Assembly (NCBI GenBank): GCA_050249535.1
Contig: JBFWQI010000002.1
Coordinates: forward strand, 78,379 to 142,378
Direction: 5' to 3'
DNA: 64,000 nucleotides
From: Blastocatellales bacterium
Lineage (GTDB): Bacteria; Acidobacteriota; Blastocatellia; RBC074
Made by a program: the position numbers and the translations under genes. Every line of letters starts with the position of its first letter. Positions within the stretch are counted from its first letter, which is position 1. This document shows, piece after piece, positions 49,405-60,515 of this stretch. The notes beneath the pieces were generated by a model, which made no database searches, was not told the origin of the DNA, and saw nothing but the letters and a program-made list of their open reading frames with translations.

Positions 49405-50457
49405 CTATCGAGCCGGCTTGAAACTCCCCTCGTCGACATCGCCTATGAATTTGATCAGGCCTTCTGCATAGGTCTTCTGGTCGTCATACATCGCCATATG
49501 GCTGCCCTGCGGGCAGAACAGGTAACGGCCATTCCGGACCTTTTTCGAAATCATCTCCATGTGCGCCGGGTCCATCGTGTCGTACTTCGCGCCGATGACC
49601 AGCGTCGGAGCGGCGATCTTCGGAAGGTCGGCTACGCGGTCCCAGGTCAGCAGCTTGCCGCTCAGGCCCAGCTCGCTCGGCCCCTGCAGCGGGATGTAGA
49701 TGTTCTGGTTGAGATGTTTGAACGCGCGGTTGAGCGGATCGGGCCACTCCGCAGCCGGCATGCGCAGGATGTGCTTTTCGTAATGGAGCGGAATGAGCAG
49801 CTCCATGTACCGCGGATTCGCGTAGTCCTTCCTGGCTTCGAGCGCCTTGACCTCGGCCAGAATCTTCTGATCCATCTCCGGCATGAGGACCTTGTTTGCG
49901 TATTCGTTGTACGCCGGTCCGCTCGCCATCATGTTCGAGATGATCAGCCCCTTGAGGTGCTGCTGGTGTTTGAGTGCGTACTCGATGGCCAGCACTCCGC
50001 CCCAGGAATGTCCGAGCAGGTAGAAGTTGTTTTTGTCGAGCCCGAGCGCCTGCCGCACCTGTTCGACCTCGTCGACGAAGCGTGGAATATCCCACAGATC
50101 CGGCTCCTTCGGCTGATCGCTGTAGGCCGAACCGAGCTGATCGTAGTAGTAGTATTCGATTCCGGCGCCGGGGAGGTAGCTGTCGAGGGCTTCGAAGTAT
50201 TCGTGCGTTGCGCCGGGCCCGCCGTGGAGCAGAAGCAATTTGACCGACGGATTGTTGCCGATCCGTTTGGTCCAGACGTTGAACCTGCCTTTCGGCGTGG
50301 TGATCGGAATCAGCCTGACGCCGCCGCTCAGCACATCGTCGCGGCCGGAATAATCGAGATAGGAATTCGTCCTGGCCGCGGGAGTCTCCTCAGCGGGACG
50401 ACCGGCGCACCCCTGCAAAGTAATAGCTGTAAGCAATAGTGCCAGAATATTTTTCAT
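49405..50457 (-). CDS. Proline iminopeptidase-family alpha/beta hydrolase (S33), lipoprotein
   Basis: Lipobox LTAITLQGCAG. LLLHGGPGATHEYF and nucleophile elbow GHSWGG. Confidence 0.85.
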   Translation of the reverse strand: MKNILALLLTAITLQGCAGRPAEETPAARTNSYLDYSGRDDVLSGGVRLIPITTPKGRFNVWTKRIGNNPSVKLLLLHGGPGATHEYFEALDSYLPGAGIEYYYYDQLGSAYSDQPKEPDLWDIPRFVDEVEQVRQALGLDKNNFYLLGHSWGGVLAIEYALKHQQHLKGLIISNMMASGPAYNEYANKVLMPEMDQKILAEVKALEARKDYANPRYMELLIPLHYEKHILRMPAAEWPDPLNRAFKHLNQNIYIPLQGPSELGLSGKLLTWDRVADLPKIAAPTLVIGAKYDTMDPAHMEMISKKVRNGRYLFCPQGSHMAMYDDQKTYAEGLIKFIGDVDEGSFKPAR

Positions 50458-50644
50458 CGGATTTCTCTTTCTTTTTATTCAACAACGTTTCAGCGGGAAC
50501 CGGCCGGATCGGATTCGCGAAAGCCGGAGCCGATTGACGAACTTTATGTTGATAAGAATGTAATTGACAAGACTATTCCCTCATCGTTCCTTAATTCGAC
50601 ATTGAAAGGTATACAATCAGTATCATGCTGGAGGAAAACAGAAA

Positions 50645-52060
50645 ATGAACACGTATCTGCTCGCACTGATCATGATCATATCGGCATCACTCAATTCGTC
50701 ATCGGCTCAGACGTCCGGACTGGAGGGGATCTGGGAAGGAAAGTTGAGCGCCGGCCCCAACACCCTGAGACTGGTCTTCAGGATCACGAAATCGCAGCAG
50801 GGCGGTTTGAGCGCTCAACTGGACAGCCCCGATCAGGGAGCGACAGGGCTGCCCGTCGATACGGTCAACCTGGAAGGCAACGCGGTTCGCTTCGAGATGA
50901 AGCGATTCGCGGCCACTTACGAGGCGAAGGTGGACGCCGGTTTCACTGAGCTGACCGGCGTTTGGAAACAGGGCGGAGTCGAACTGCCGCTGGTCATGAA
51001 GCGGGTTCTCAGCGAGACGAAGCCCAACCGGCCGCAGGAACCACAGAAACCCTATCCGTACGACGAGGAAGAGGTCGCATACGATAATCCGAAGGCCGGG
51101 ATCAGACTGGCCGGGACTCTGACCACTCCACGGGGCAAGGGACCGTTTCCGGCGGTGGTTCTGATCACCGGCTCGGGACCTCAGGACAGGAATGAAACGA
51201 TCTTCGGCCACAAGCCGTTTATGGTTCTGGCCGATCATCTGACCCGCAACGGCATCGCAGTCCTGAGGGTCGACGACCGCGGAGTCGGCGGATCGACCGG
51301 CAACATCAGCACAGCCACGACAGAGGATTTCACCGAGGACGTGCTTGCCGGAGTCGGATTCCTCAAAACGCGAAAGGAGATCGACACGAAACGCATCGGC
51401 CTGATCGGTCACAGCGAGGGCGGCATCATCGCTCCGCTGGCGGCTACAAAATCATCCGACATCGCATTCATCGTCCTGATGGCCGGGACGGGCCTGACCG
51501 GCGAGGAGATCCTCTACATGCAGGGCGCTCTGATCGTCAAATCCACGGGGGCTTCCGAGAAAGATGTCGAGGTGAGCAGGAAGAACCAGGAACGCATCTT
51601 CGCCATCATCAAATCCGAAAAGGACCCGAATGAGGCGGAAAAGAGACTGATGGAGATTCGGGATGAAGCTGTCGCAAAAATGACCGAGGAGCAGAAGAAA
51701 GCCGGCGCAGACAGGGCGGCGGAAGCGCAGCTCAAAAGCGTCAACACCCCGTGGTTCCGATACTTTCTGACCTATGACCCGAAACCGGCGCTGACCAGGG
51801 TCAAATGCCCGGTGCTGGCCGTCAACGGCGAACGCGATCTGCAGGTTCCCTACAAAGAAAATCTTGAGGCGATCGAGACGGCGCTCAAGGCAGGAGGCAA
51901 CAAGGACGTCACGATCGTCATGCTGCCGGAACTGAACCATCTGTTTCAGAAGGCAGCGACCGGCTCACCCTCGGAATACGCAAGGATCGAGGAGACGATG
52001 AATCCGCTGGCGCTCAAGACCATCACTGATTGGATCATCAAGCGGACCGGACAACGATAG
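50645..52060 (+). CDS. Secreted alpha/beta-hydrolase (S9/dienelactone hydrolase-like)
   Basis: Signal peptide. GHSEGG nucleophile elbow. The N-terminal ~140 aa form an extra beta domain. Confidence 0.8.
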   Translation: MNTYLLALIMIISASLNSSSAQTSGLEGIWEGKLSAGPNTLRLVFRITKSQQGGLSAQLDSPDQGATGLPVDTVNLEGNAVRFEMKRFAATYEAKVDAGFTELTGVWKQGGVELPLVMKRVLSETKPNRPQEPQKPYPYDEEEVAYDNPKAGIRLAGTLTTPRGKGPFPAVVLITGSGPQDRNETIFGHKPFMVLADHLTRNGIAVLRVDDRGVGGSTGNISTATTEDFTEDVLAGVGFLKTRKEIDTKRIGLIGHSEGGIIAPLAATKSSDIAFIVLMAGTGLTGEEILYMQGALIVKSTGASEKDVEVSRKNQERIFAIIKSEKDPNEAEKRLMEIRDEAVAKMTEEQKKAGADRAAEAQLKSVNTPWFRYFLTYDPKPALTRVKCPVLAVNGERDLQVPYKENLEAIETALKAGGNKDVTIVMLPELNHLFQKAATGSPSEYARIEETMNPLALKTITDWIIKRTGQR

Positions 52061-52127
52061 CGACTGCACCGTAACGAAATCCGGTTGCGAGGCGGCAGCC
52101 GGATTTCGAATCTACCCTCAACGGACG

Positions 52128-54581
52128 CTATTTCACCTTCCACTCCTGCAGGCCGGCGGACCAGCCGGGCTGCATCGTCACTTCCAGGCGCAGAGCATCT
52201 GTCGACACCGGTTTGAAGCGGACCTGATTGTAGCGGTCTGTCGCCACGCCGTACGCACCGCCATTCTCAACCGGTCTCCACTCGAGGCCGTCTTTGTACA
52301 GGATTCGCCAGGATGACGGCACCCTGACTTCACCTCTGCCGGTATCGTCGAACCAGTAGACCTCGACCTCCGAAACTGTCTCCGGTTTCGCGAACGCGTA
52401 CTCGACCCATTCGGTGGCGCCCTTCGTCGGCCACCAGTCGAAATAGGATGCCGGATCGTTCGATGCGGGAGGCTCTTCGCCGTCGTTGATCATGCGCGGA
52501 TCGCGGCGGCGCCTGTTCGAGACCGTCACTTTGCTGGCGGTCCCAATGGTCGGATATGGCTGCGGTCTGGCGCTCGCCTCGCTGTTCGGCAGCCAGACGA
52601 GCATCTCTCCGCGGCCGCGATTCGCCCAGGAGTAATACGGGATCGCCGTGAAATCCTGCTCTCTTCGAATCACTTTTCCCTGCGCATCGAAGCTCAGAGC
52701 GAAGGCTTTGCCCCTGATCGCGGTCACGCCGTTGAGCAGCTCCGGCCTGAATTCAGCCGTCAGCTTCGCGCTGTCGGGCAGAACCAGGTTTCTCACGTGG
52801 CCGTCGGGATTGTCAGGCCATTCGGCGCAGTAAACGATCGGACCGCGCTGCAGGGCGATGCGACCGCGATCCGCGGCTACCTTCTCGCCGGCGACCACGC
52901 GACGCACCGGCATCGGCATATTCAATTCGATGACATCGCCCTTTTTCCATGCCCGATTCAGCGCGGCATATCCCTTGTCCAGCCTCAACTGCTCGTCGCG
53001 CCCGTTGACCTTCAGCCTCACCTGCTCGTTGTTCCGATCAATGAACCGGTAGAGATCGCCGGGCACGGCTTCATTGCGCGCCCAGCCGGGAATGCGAAGG
53101 TTGATCGTGAATCTGCCCGATCTTTCCGGATCGACTGTCAGCCTGACCGATCCCTCCCACGGGTAACGCGTCTCCTGCTTCAACCTGACGGCCATGTCGT
53201 TATCCAGTCTGATCTCGCTCTCGCTGGCGACGTAGAGATTGACGTAAAGATGATCGCCCTTCTGCGCGTAAACGTATCCGGGAACGGATGCCATAAACCG
53301 CGTGATGTTGCCGGGACAACAGGCCACGCCGAACCACGGGCTGCGCTGGTGCTGCCCGTTCGACTCGAGCGGATTCGGGTAGAAGAACGACCTGCCGTCG
53401 AGCGAAACGCCGGAGATCAGTCCGTTGTAGAGCGTGCGCTCCATGACATCGATATATTTCGCATCCGCGTGCAGCAGGAAGAGCCTGTAGTTCCAGTAAT
53501 CGTTGCCGATGGCCGCGCAGGTCTCGTTGTACGCCGTCATGTTCGGCAGCTCGAACGCGTCGCCGAAGGCTTCGCCCGATGCCCGCGCGCCGATGCCGCC
53601 CGTGATGTAGAGCTTGCTGCCGACGACATCTTCCCAGATCCTGTCGATCGCGTTGACGTATGAGGTATCGCCCGTCAGAGCCGCCACGTCGGCCATTCCC
53701 GAATACATGTAAGTTGCCCGAACCGCGTGCCCGACGGCCTCTGTCTGATCGACGACCTTTTTGTGGGACTGATTATAGGTGCGACCGGCGCCCGGCGTTC
53801 CGTCAGGCCCGCGTTCATCGAGCATGAACTTCGCGAGTCGGATGTACCGGTCGTCGCCGGTGATCCGGTAAAGCCGGGCCAGTCCCATCTCTGTTATCTG
53901 GTGGCCGGGCCAGATCGACTGTTTGCCCGGTCCGAATGTCCGGTCGAGCAGCTCGGCCTCCTTCAGTGCGATATCGAGCAAGGATCGTTTACCCGTCGCC
54001 TGGAACCATGCCACCGCGGCTTCGGTCAGATGCCCGAAGTTGTATAGCTCATGACTGTCGACCTTCTCCAGCTCCCACCTGTTCCTGCCCGCCCAGCGGT
54101 GGGGGTTCGCCGGATCGATCGTGCGTGCCGGATAGAGATAACCGTCCGCCTCCTGCGCCGAACCGATCTTCTCGATCAGTCCGTCGACGTATGCCTCCAG
54201 TTTCGGATCCGGCTGAACCGTCAGGGCGTATGCAGCTCCTTCGATCACCTTGTAGAGGTCGGTGTCGTCGAACGGATATGGCGGGATCTTCTTCTCTTTG
54301 AGCGGCTCGCCACGCAACACGGCGGCCGCCTGCAGGAAGTTTTCGATGCGCCCGGTCTCTTCACACTTCTCGAAGGCGAAGGGGATCGAGACGGTTCGGT
54401 TGACCTCGATCCGCGGCGCCCAGAATGCATCGGTGAAATGGACGCTGGTGAACGGCACCGGTTTGACCGGATAGTCGCGCTGAGCGGCCGGCTGCTGTTG
54501 AGCAACTGCTCCCGGCAGGCGGCAGAAGACGATTGCCATTATTCCGATAAAGAAACATATCCCGATCTTTTTCATGCCCAC
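52128..54581 (-). CDS. Glycoside hydrolase family 127 (beta-L-arabinofuranosidase-like, DUF1680) with a C-terminal F5/8 type C (discoidin) domain
   Basis: Signal peptide. Global similarity to the GH127 HypBA1 architecture (...HELYNFGHLTEAAVAWFQATG..., ...ACCPGNITRF...). The C-terminal ~140 aa are discoidin-like. Confidence 0.75.
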   Translation of the reverse strand: MGMKKIGICFFIGIMAIVFCRLPGAVAQQQPAAQRDYPVKPVPFTSVHFTDAFWAPRIEVNRTVSIPFAFEKCEETGRIENFLQAAAVLRGEPLKEKKIPPYPFDDTDLYKVIEGAAYALTVQPDPKLEAYVDGLIEKIGSAQEADGYLYPARTIDPANPHRWAGRNRWELEKVDSHELYNFGHLTEAAVAWFQATGKRSLLDIALKEAELLDRTFGPGKQSIWPGHQITEMGLARLYRITGDDRYIRLAKFMLDERGPDGTPGAGRTYNQSHKKVVDQTEAVGHAVRATYMYSGMADVAALTGDTSYVNAIDRIWEDVVGSKLYITGGIGARASGEAFGDAFELPNMTAYNETCAAIGNDYWNYRLFLLHADAKYIDVMERTLYNGLISGVSLDGRSFFYPNPLESNGQHQRSPWFGVACCPGNITRFMASVPGYVYAQKGDHLYVNLYVASESEIRLDNDMAVRLKQETRYPWEGSVRLTVDPERSGRFTINLRIPGWARNEAVPGDLYRFIDRNNEQVRLKVNGRDEQLRLDKGYAALNRAWKKGDVIELNMPMPVRRVVAGEKVAADRGRIALQRGPIVYCAEWPDNPDGHVRNLVLPDSAKLTAEFRPELLNGVTAIRGKAFALSFDAQGKVIRREQDFTAIPYYSWANRGRGEMLVWLPNSEASARPQPYPTIGTASKVTVSNRRRRDPRMINDGEEPPASNDPASYFDWWPTKGATEWVEYAFAKPETVSEVEVYWFDDTGRGEVRVPSSWRILYKDGLEWRPVENGGAYGVATDRYNQVRFKPVSTDALRLEVTMQPGWSAGLQEWKVK

Positions 54582-54813
54582 CCCCTGTGGCCTGAATTTC
54601 AGGCTTCAAAATATACGGTCGGCTTCGTCGCTGACGATGTTATCGGACCAGCTATCGACAAACTGAATTCAACTGCCATAATGAAAAACGCTGCCCGGTT
54701 TTTCAATCAAAATAGTGCAGACGCCACGACTTATGCAGGAACCTGACGGATTACCTGCTCGTATATCGATTCCAGCCGGGATCGAAAATGCTTTTCCCAA
54801 CAAGGAGACCTGA

Positions 54814-55194
54814 ATGAAAAGACTGGTTATCGTGCTAAGCCTGATGCTGATGATCGCCCCCTCATTGTTCGCCGCGGAAGATCTGTCCGGCACATGGTCC
54901 GGCAGCTTCAACATAACCATGAACGGAGAGACCAGAGAGGACTCCGCTTATGTGGTTCTCAAGCAGAACGGGTCTGAACTGACCGGAACCGCAGGCCCGA
55001 ATTCCGACCAGCAATGGCAGATTCTGAAGGGCAAGGTTGAAGGCAACAAGGTCACGTTCGAGGTCCAGACCGACCAGCCGCTGATCAAATTTGATCTCAT
55101 GATGGTGGACGGCCGCCTGAAAGGCCGGGCAAACGCGGAACTCCAGGGCACGGCCTTGAGCGCGGAGGTCGACCTGCAGCGTAAAACCGAATAG
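54814..55194 (+). CDS. Small secreted hypothetical protein (126 aa)
   Basis: Signal MKRLVIVLSLMLMIAPSLFA. No recognisable domain. Confidence 0.5.
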   Translation: MKRLVIVLSLMLMIAPSLFAAEDLSGTWSGSFNITMNGETREDSAYVVLKQNGSELTGTAGPNSDQQWQILKGKVEGNKVTFEVQTDQPLIKFDLMMVDGRLKGRANAELQGTALSAEVDLQRKTE

Positions 55195-55673
55195 TCCGCA
55201 GGCGATTAAGCCTCTGTCTGCCAGGAATCCGGGCCGGTAAACTGTTCGGCGCGGTTGAGGCCGGTCCGGATGATTGAGCAGGTCGACGTTCGACTGACAG
55301 AGATGGATCAGTCGAACATTCATTTCCATTGTGACGGCTTGCGCCGCGGCCGAGTATGACGCCAGACGATCGACAGCGATCTTCCCTTCCCGAGTGAAAT
55401 TCCTTCGCGCCAGTGAGGTGACAAGCATGGGCTTTGCGCCGATCCGCCTTGAATCATTGGTCTTTCCCGGAGTCTCGGCCTGGACATCTTGAAAGCGGCG
55501 CCCGCAGACGCCGCGATCCAAAACGGCATCCCCTCTGTATTCCCGCACTGTTATTTTCGCAGGCCTTCAATCAGTAATTCCCCCGGTTTTGCGCAAAACT
55601 CAAAAAGTGATAAATAGATGGCATCGAAAAGCACAAATGAAGCCTGCAACTAAAGCACCGGAGGCCGACTCTT

Positions 55674-58600
55674 ATGAATTCTCTACTGATTCGCACTTTG
55701 ATCCTCGCATCTTTCTTATCTTTACCGTTCTCAGCGGCGGGGCAGACCCGGCTGCTGAGGTTTCCCGACGTTCATGGCGAGAAGGTGGTCTTCACCTACG
55801 GCGGCGATCTCTGGACTGCCCCGGTTACCGGCGGGACGGCAACTCGACTGACCGCGCATCCCGGCATGGAGCTTTTCGCCAAATTCTCACCTGACGGAAA
55901 ATGGATTGCGTTTACCGGGCAGTACGACGGTGACGAACAGGTGTACGTTATTCCCGCGACCGGCGGTGAACCGAAGATGCTGACCCATTACCCGGCATTC
56001 GGTCCGCTGGCGCCGCGCTGGGGCTACGACAATCAGGTCTATGGATGGACGCGGGACGGCAGGAGCATCATCTTCCGTTCGCTGCGGGATTCATGGGCGC
56101 TGGGCGTCGCTCATCTTTATACGGTTTCAATGAACGGCGGCCCGGCAGAGCAGATGCCGATGCCCGAAGCGGGCTCGGGCGATCTGTCGCCTGATGGATC
56201 ACAGATCGTATATTCGCCTCAATCGCGCGACTTCCGTTCCGAAAAACGCTACGGCGGCGGAACGGCGAACGTGCTCTATATTTTCAATCTCAGCACATAT
56301 GAGACCAGACGCATCAGCGAAGGTCCTCGCCCGAGCCGCGACCCGATGTGGATCGGAAACACGATCTATTTCGATTCGGATCGCGACGGCCATTTCAACC
56401 TGTACGCCTACGACGTACCAGGCGGCAAAACCACGCAGGTGACGTTCAACAAGACGTGGGACGTCAGGTGGCCTTCAAGCGATAATGCCGGGCGGATCGT
56501 GTACGAACTGAACGGCGAGCTTCATCTTTTCGACACCAAATCCAGGAAAGACGTTGCGATCTCGATCCTCGTACCGGACGACGGATTGTATAAACGTCCG
56601 GGCCGCGTGCCAGCGGCGAACAACATCGAGGACGCCGCGCTCAGCCCGAAGGGAGAGCGCGTGCTCTTCAGCGCTCGCGGAGACATCTTCACCGCACCGG
56701 TCGAGAAAGGCCCGACACGCAATCTGACCAATTCGTGCGACGCACACGACAAGTGGCCGCGCTGGTCTCCGGACGGCTCAAGGATCGCTTACATTTCCGA
56801 CAAGAGCGGCGAAGAGGAAGTGTGGATTGTGGCGCAGGACGGATCGAAACCTCCCGAGCAGATGACCACGGGAGGGCGAGCCATGCGTTACGCGCCTGAA
56901 TGGTCGCCCGACGGCTCGCGCATTGCATTCTCGGACAAGGACGGAAAGATATTCGTCCTCACGACGGCCGATCGCAAACTGGTCGAGATCGCTGACGCGC
57001 CGCGCGGCCAGGTCCGCGATTACGTCTGGTCTCCGAGGGGGAATTTCCTGGCTTTCAGCTACGCCGGGTCGAATAACATGGCCTCCGTCTATGTCTGGAA
57101 TCCGACCGACGGAAAGGTAAACCGGGTCACCGAAGGTTTCTTCAATGCCTTCAACCCGGCCTGGGACCCGCAGGGCAATTACCTCTACTATCTGAGCGAC
57201 CGCGAATTCGCCCCGCAGATCTCGTCGATCGAATTCAATTACGCTCTCAATCGTGAGACCGGTATTTACGCGCTGGCTCTGCGCAAAGACGTAAAGCATC
57301 CCTTCCCGCCTGAAAGCGATGAAGTAACCATCGCGAAAGAGGGGGAAAAGACCGACGCCAAACCTCAGGAGAAGATAGATCAGGGTGGCCCAGGCGGAAC
57401 GAAACCGCCGGCCGCAATGACCATCGACTTCGACGGGCTGGCGGCCAGAACCGCGCGCGTTCCCGTTCAGGGAGATAACTACAACGGCCTGTCGACGAAA
57501 TCCGGTTTTATTCTCTATGTTGTCGGACCGGCATTCTATTACGGCCGTGCGCCCGACCGGCAGCCGCAACTGCGTATCTTTTCGCTCAAGGACCGCAAGG
57601 AAACGACACTGGCCGACGGCATTGCGGGGTATGTGCTGTCGGATGACGGATCGAAGGTCCTCGTCCGGCAGGGACCCAATTTTGTGATGATGGATGCGGT
57701 CGCACGAGCCGACCAGCCGAAAAAGAACGTATCGACCGCCGGACTGATGGTCGATCGCGTGCCTGTCGAAGAGTGGACCCAGATATTCAACGAAGTCTGG
57801 CGACGCTATCGCGACTGGTTCTACGTGACGAACATGCACGGTTACGACTGGGAGGCGCTGCGCGATCAATATCGCCCGCTTCTGCAGCACGTTTCCCATC
57901 GTTCGGATCTGAATTATGTCATCGCTGAAATGATCTCGGAGCTGACCGTTCAGCATGCCTATGTCGAGGGTGGAGACTGGCAGTCTCCGGCGCGCCCCCG
58001 CGCGGGGCTCCCCGGAGCGCGGTTCGAACTCGATCGGCAGTCAGGCCGATACCGCGTTGCGAAGATCTTTGAAGGTCAGAACGAAGAGACCATCTACCGC
58101 TCGCCGCTGACTGAAATCGGCGTCAATATAAAAACCGGCGATTACGTCCTGGCAATCAACGGCGAAGAGCTGAAAGCGGATGAAGATCCCTACCGGCTGC
58201 TGCGCAACAAGGCGGACAGTCCGGTGGTCCTGACCGTCAACGACAGACCGACCTTCGACGGATCGCGCACCGTCTCTTACAATCCGGTCACTGATGAAAG
58301 AAACCTGATCTATCTCGATTGGGTTCTCGGCAACAAGCGCAAGGTCGAGGAGCTGTCCGGCGGCCGCCTGGGTTACGTCCACATTCCCGACATGGGAGCT
58401 AACGGCATCCGCGAATTCATCAAGTGGTACTATCCGCAACTCAACCGGGAAGGGCTGGTAGTCGATGCGCGGGCGAACGGCGGCGGCAATGTGTCGCGAA
58501 TGATCATCGAACGGCTGGCTCGAAAATGGCTGGCGCTCAATTACGGCCGCACGAGCGACTTCGCCAACACCTATCCCGACGGGGTCTTCATCGGCCCGAT

Positions 58601-58991
58601 GGCCGCGCTTCTCGATCAGAACTCCGCATCGGATGGCGACATCTTCCCGGCGATGTTCCGCGAAGCGGGGCTCGGGCCACTGATCGGTAAAAGGTCGTGG
58701 GGCGGAGTGGTCGGTATCAGCAACCGTGGTGCGCTGATCGACGGCGGAAGCATCAGCGTTCCTGAATCCGGCTTCGCCAGCAGGAAAGGCGAGTGGATCA
58801 TCGAGGGCTATGGCGTCGACCCCGATATCGAGGTCGACCGCGAGCCCAAAGCCCTGCTCCGGGGACAAGATCAGCAGCTCGAACGCGCGGTGAGCGAACT
58901 GATGAACAAACTGAAAGGCAGAGAGGTGAAACTGCCTCCGAAGCCCGCCGGGCCGATCAAGACCCCGCAGGCTCTTTCGGGGAAACAGTAA
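55674..58991 (+). CDS. Tricorn protease homolog (TolB-like beta propellers, PDZ and S41 peptidase)
   Basis: Signal peptide. Repeated WSPDGS propeller motifs. The C-terminal S41 domain has ...GGNVSRMIIERL... and ...GKRSWGGVVG... blocks. 1105 aa. Confidence 0.9.
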   Translation: MNSLLIRTLILASFLSLPFSAAGQTRLLRFPDVHGEKVVFTYGGDLWTAPVTGGTATRLTAHPGMELFAKFSPDGKWIAFTGQYDGDEQVYVIPATGGEPKMLTHYPAFGPLAPRWGYDNQVYGWTRDGRSIIFRSLRDSWALGVAHLYTVSMNGGPAEQMPMPEAGSGDLSPDGSQIVYSPQSRDFRSEKRYGGGTANVLYIFNLSTYETRRISEGPRPSRDPMWIGNTIYFDSDRDGHFNLYAYDVPGGKTTQVTFNKTWDVRWPSSDNAGRIVYELNGELHLFDTKSRKDVAISILVPDDGLYKRPGRVPAANNIEDAALSPKGERVLFSARGDIFTAPVEKGPTRNLTNSCDAHDKWPRWSPDGSRIAYISDKSGEEEVWIVAQDGSKPPEQMTTGGRAMRYAPEWSPDGSRIAFSDKDGKIFVLTTADRKLVEIADAPRGQVRDYVWSPRGNFLAFSYAGSNNMASVYVWNPTDGKVNRVTEGFFNAFNPAWDPQGNYLYYLSDREFAPQISSIEFNYALNRETGIYALALRKDVKHPFPPESDEVTIAKEGEKTDAKPQEKIDQGGPGGTKPPAAMTIDFDGLAARTARVPVQGDNYNGLSTKSGFILYVVGPAFYYGRAPDRQPQLRIFSLKDRKETTLADGIAGYVLSDDGSKVLVRQGPNFVMMDAVARADQPKKNVSTAGLMVDRVPVEEWTQIFNEVWRRYRDWFYVTNMHGYDWEALRDQYRPLLQHVSHRSDLNYVIAEMISELTVQHAYVEGGDWQSPARPRAGLPGARFELDRQSGRYRVAKIFEGQNEETIYRSPLTEIGVNIKTGDYVLAINGEELKADEDPYRLLRNKADSPVVLTVNDRPTFDGSRTVSYNPVTDERNLIYLDWVLGNKRKVEELSGGRLGYVHIPDMGANGIREFIKWYYPQLNREGLVVDARANGGGNVSRMIIERLARKWLALNYGRTSDFANTYPDGVFIGPMAALLDQNSASDGDIFPAMFREAGLGPLIGKRSWGGVVGISNRGALIDGGSISVPESGFASRKGEWIIEGYGVDPDIEVDREPKALLRGQDQQLERAVSELMNKLKGREVKLPPKPAGPIKTPQALSGKQ

Positions 58992-58992
58992 T

Positions 58993-59135
<143 letters not shown>

Positions 59136-60455
59136 TCAATCGGAGATAGCCTGATAGGTCATCACGCGGAACTCTGAGCCGTACTCGAGCCCGTTGTGCG
59201 GCAGGATCTGAATCATGAAGATACCGATCAGCTGTTCCTGCGGATCGATCCAGAACTTCGTGCCGGCCGCGCCGCCCCAGTTGAATTCACCTGGCGATCC
59301 CATGACTCCCGCTTCTCCGGGAGCCTTGCTGACCGCGAAGCCCAGTCCGAATCCGGTCCCGGGACCCATCCCGGGTATGCTGCCCAGATGATCGCTGCTC
59401 ATTAATTGAACCGTCTTGCGACCCAGCAGGCGTTTCCCCTTGAACACTCCCTGATCGAGCAGCATCTGGCAGAAGTTCAGATAATCATAGGCCGTCGAGG
59501 TCAGCCCGCCTCCGCCTGAGAGCATGCCCATCGACGAGAGGAAATCCGGCACGGCGTTCGGGAACGCGTCAAAGCATTCCTGCCGGCTGGAACATGTCGG
59601 CGAGGCCGCGAGCTTGCCCTCTTTGGTGATTGTGTAGAGCCGTGCGAAACGATCCTTTTTGCCGGCCGGGACGACGAAGGCAGTGTCGTTCATCTCGAGC
59701 GGCGTGAAGATGCGCTCCTGCAGAAACCGATCGAACGGCATCCCTGAGAGCACCTCGATCAGACGCCCCTGCACATCCACCGATACGCTGTAATGCCAGC
59801 GCGTGCCCGGCTCGTACTGAAGCGGTATGGCCGCCAGATCCCTGACGAAATCGGCCAGATTCAACTGGCTCAGAATCCTGGCCTTGCGATATTCGCGATC
59901 GACGAGCGTATCGCCGAAGACGCCGTAGGTCAGCCCGGCAGTGTGCCTCATCAGGTCCCTGACGGTGATCGGGCGCCTGGCCGGAACGGTCTTCATGACG
60001 GGCTTTCCGGTTTGCGGATCCTTTTCTTCGATCGCGACCTGCATCTTTGCAAACTCGGGCAGGTATTTGGCGACCGGATCGTTGAGCTGAAACTTGCCTT
60101 CCTCGAAGAGCATCATCAGCGCCACGCTGGTGATCGGCTTGGTCATCGAATAGATGCGATGGATCGTGTCCATCCTCATCGGCCTTCCGGCTTCGACATC
60201 CGCCATGCCGAATGCTTCCTGATAAGCGATCTTGCCCTGCCGCGCGATCAGTCCGGCCGCGCCGGGTATGCGTTTTTCAGCGACGTGCCGGTTCATCACC
60301 GGGCGGATGCGATCCAGCCGGCCGGATGACAACCCGACCGATTCGGGCGAGACAACGACCGGATCGTTTCCGGCACGGCTCGCCACGGGAGCAATCAACG
60401 GACTGACGATCAGCGCCAGCATCAGCGCCGCTACGGGAATTAACGTTCGTTTCAT
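59136..60455 (-). CDS. Serine hydrolase, beta-lactamase/PBP (class C-like) family, secreted
   Basis: Signal peptide. SxxK motif in [14 protein letters not shown], and a YSV-type Y-x-N region. Confidence 0.85.
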   Translation of the reverse strand: MKRTLIPVAALMLALIVSPLIAPVASRAGNDPVVVSPESVGLSSGRLDRIRPVMNRHVAEKRIPGAAGLIARQGKIAYQEAFGMADVEAGRPMRMDTIHRIYSMTKPITSVALMMLFEEGKFQLNDPVAKYLPEFAKMQVAIEEKDPQTGKPVMKTVPARRPITVRDLMRHTAGLTYGVFGDTLVDREYRKARILSQLNLADFVRDLAAIPLQYEPGTRWHYSVSVDVQGRLIEVLSGMPFDRFLQERIFTPLEMNDTAFVVPAGKKDRFARLYTITKEGKLAASPTCSSRQECFDAFPNAVPDFLSSMGMLSGGGGLTSTAYDYLNFCQMLLDQGVFKGKRLLGRKTVQLMSSDHLGSIPGMGPGTGFGLGFAVSKAPGEAGVMGSPGEFNWGGAAGTKFWIDPQEQLIGIFMIQILPHNGLEYGSEFRVMTYQAISD

Positions 60456-60515
60456 GGTTCCTCCGGAAAAACCTGATATCGGACAAACTGCCGGTTCGAT
60501 CTGAAACCCGGCGGC

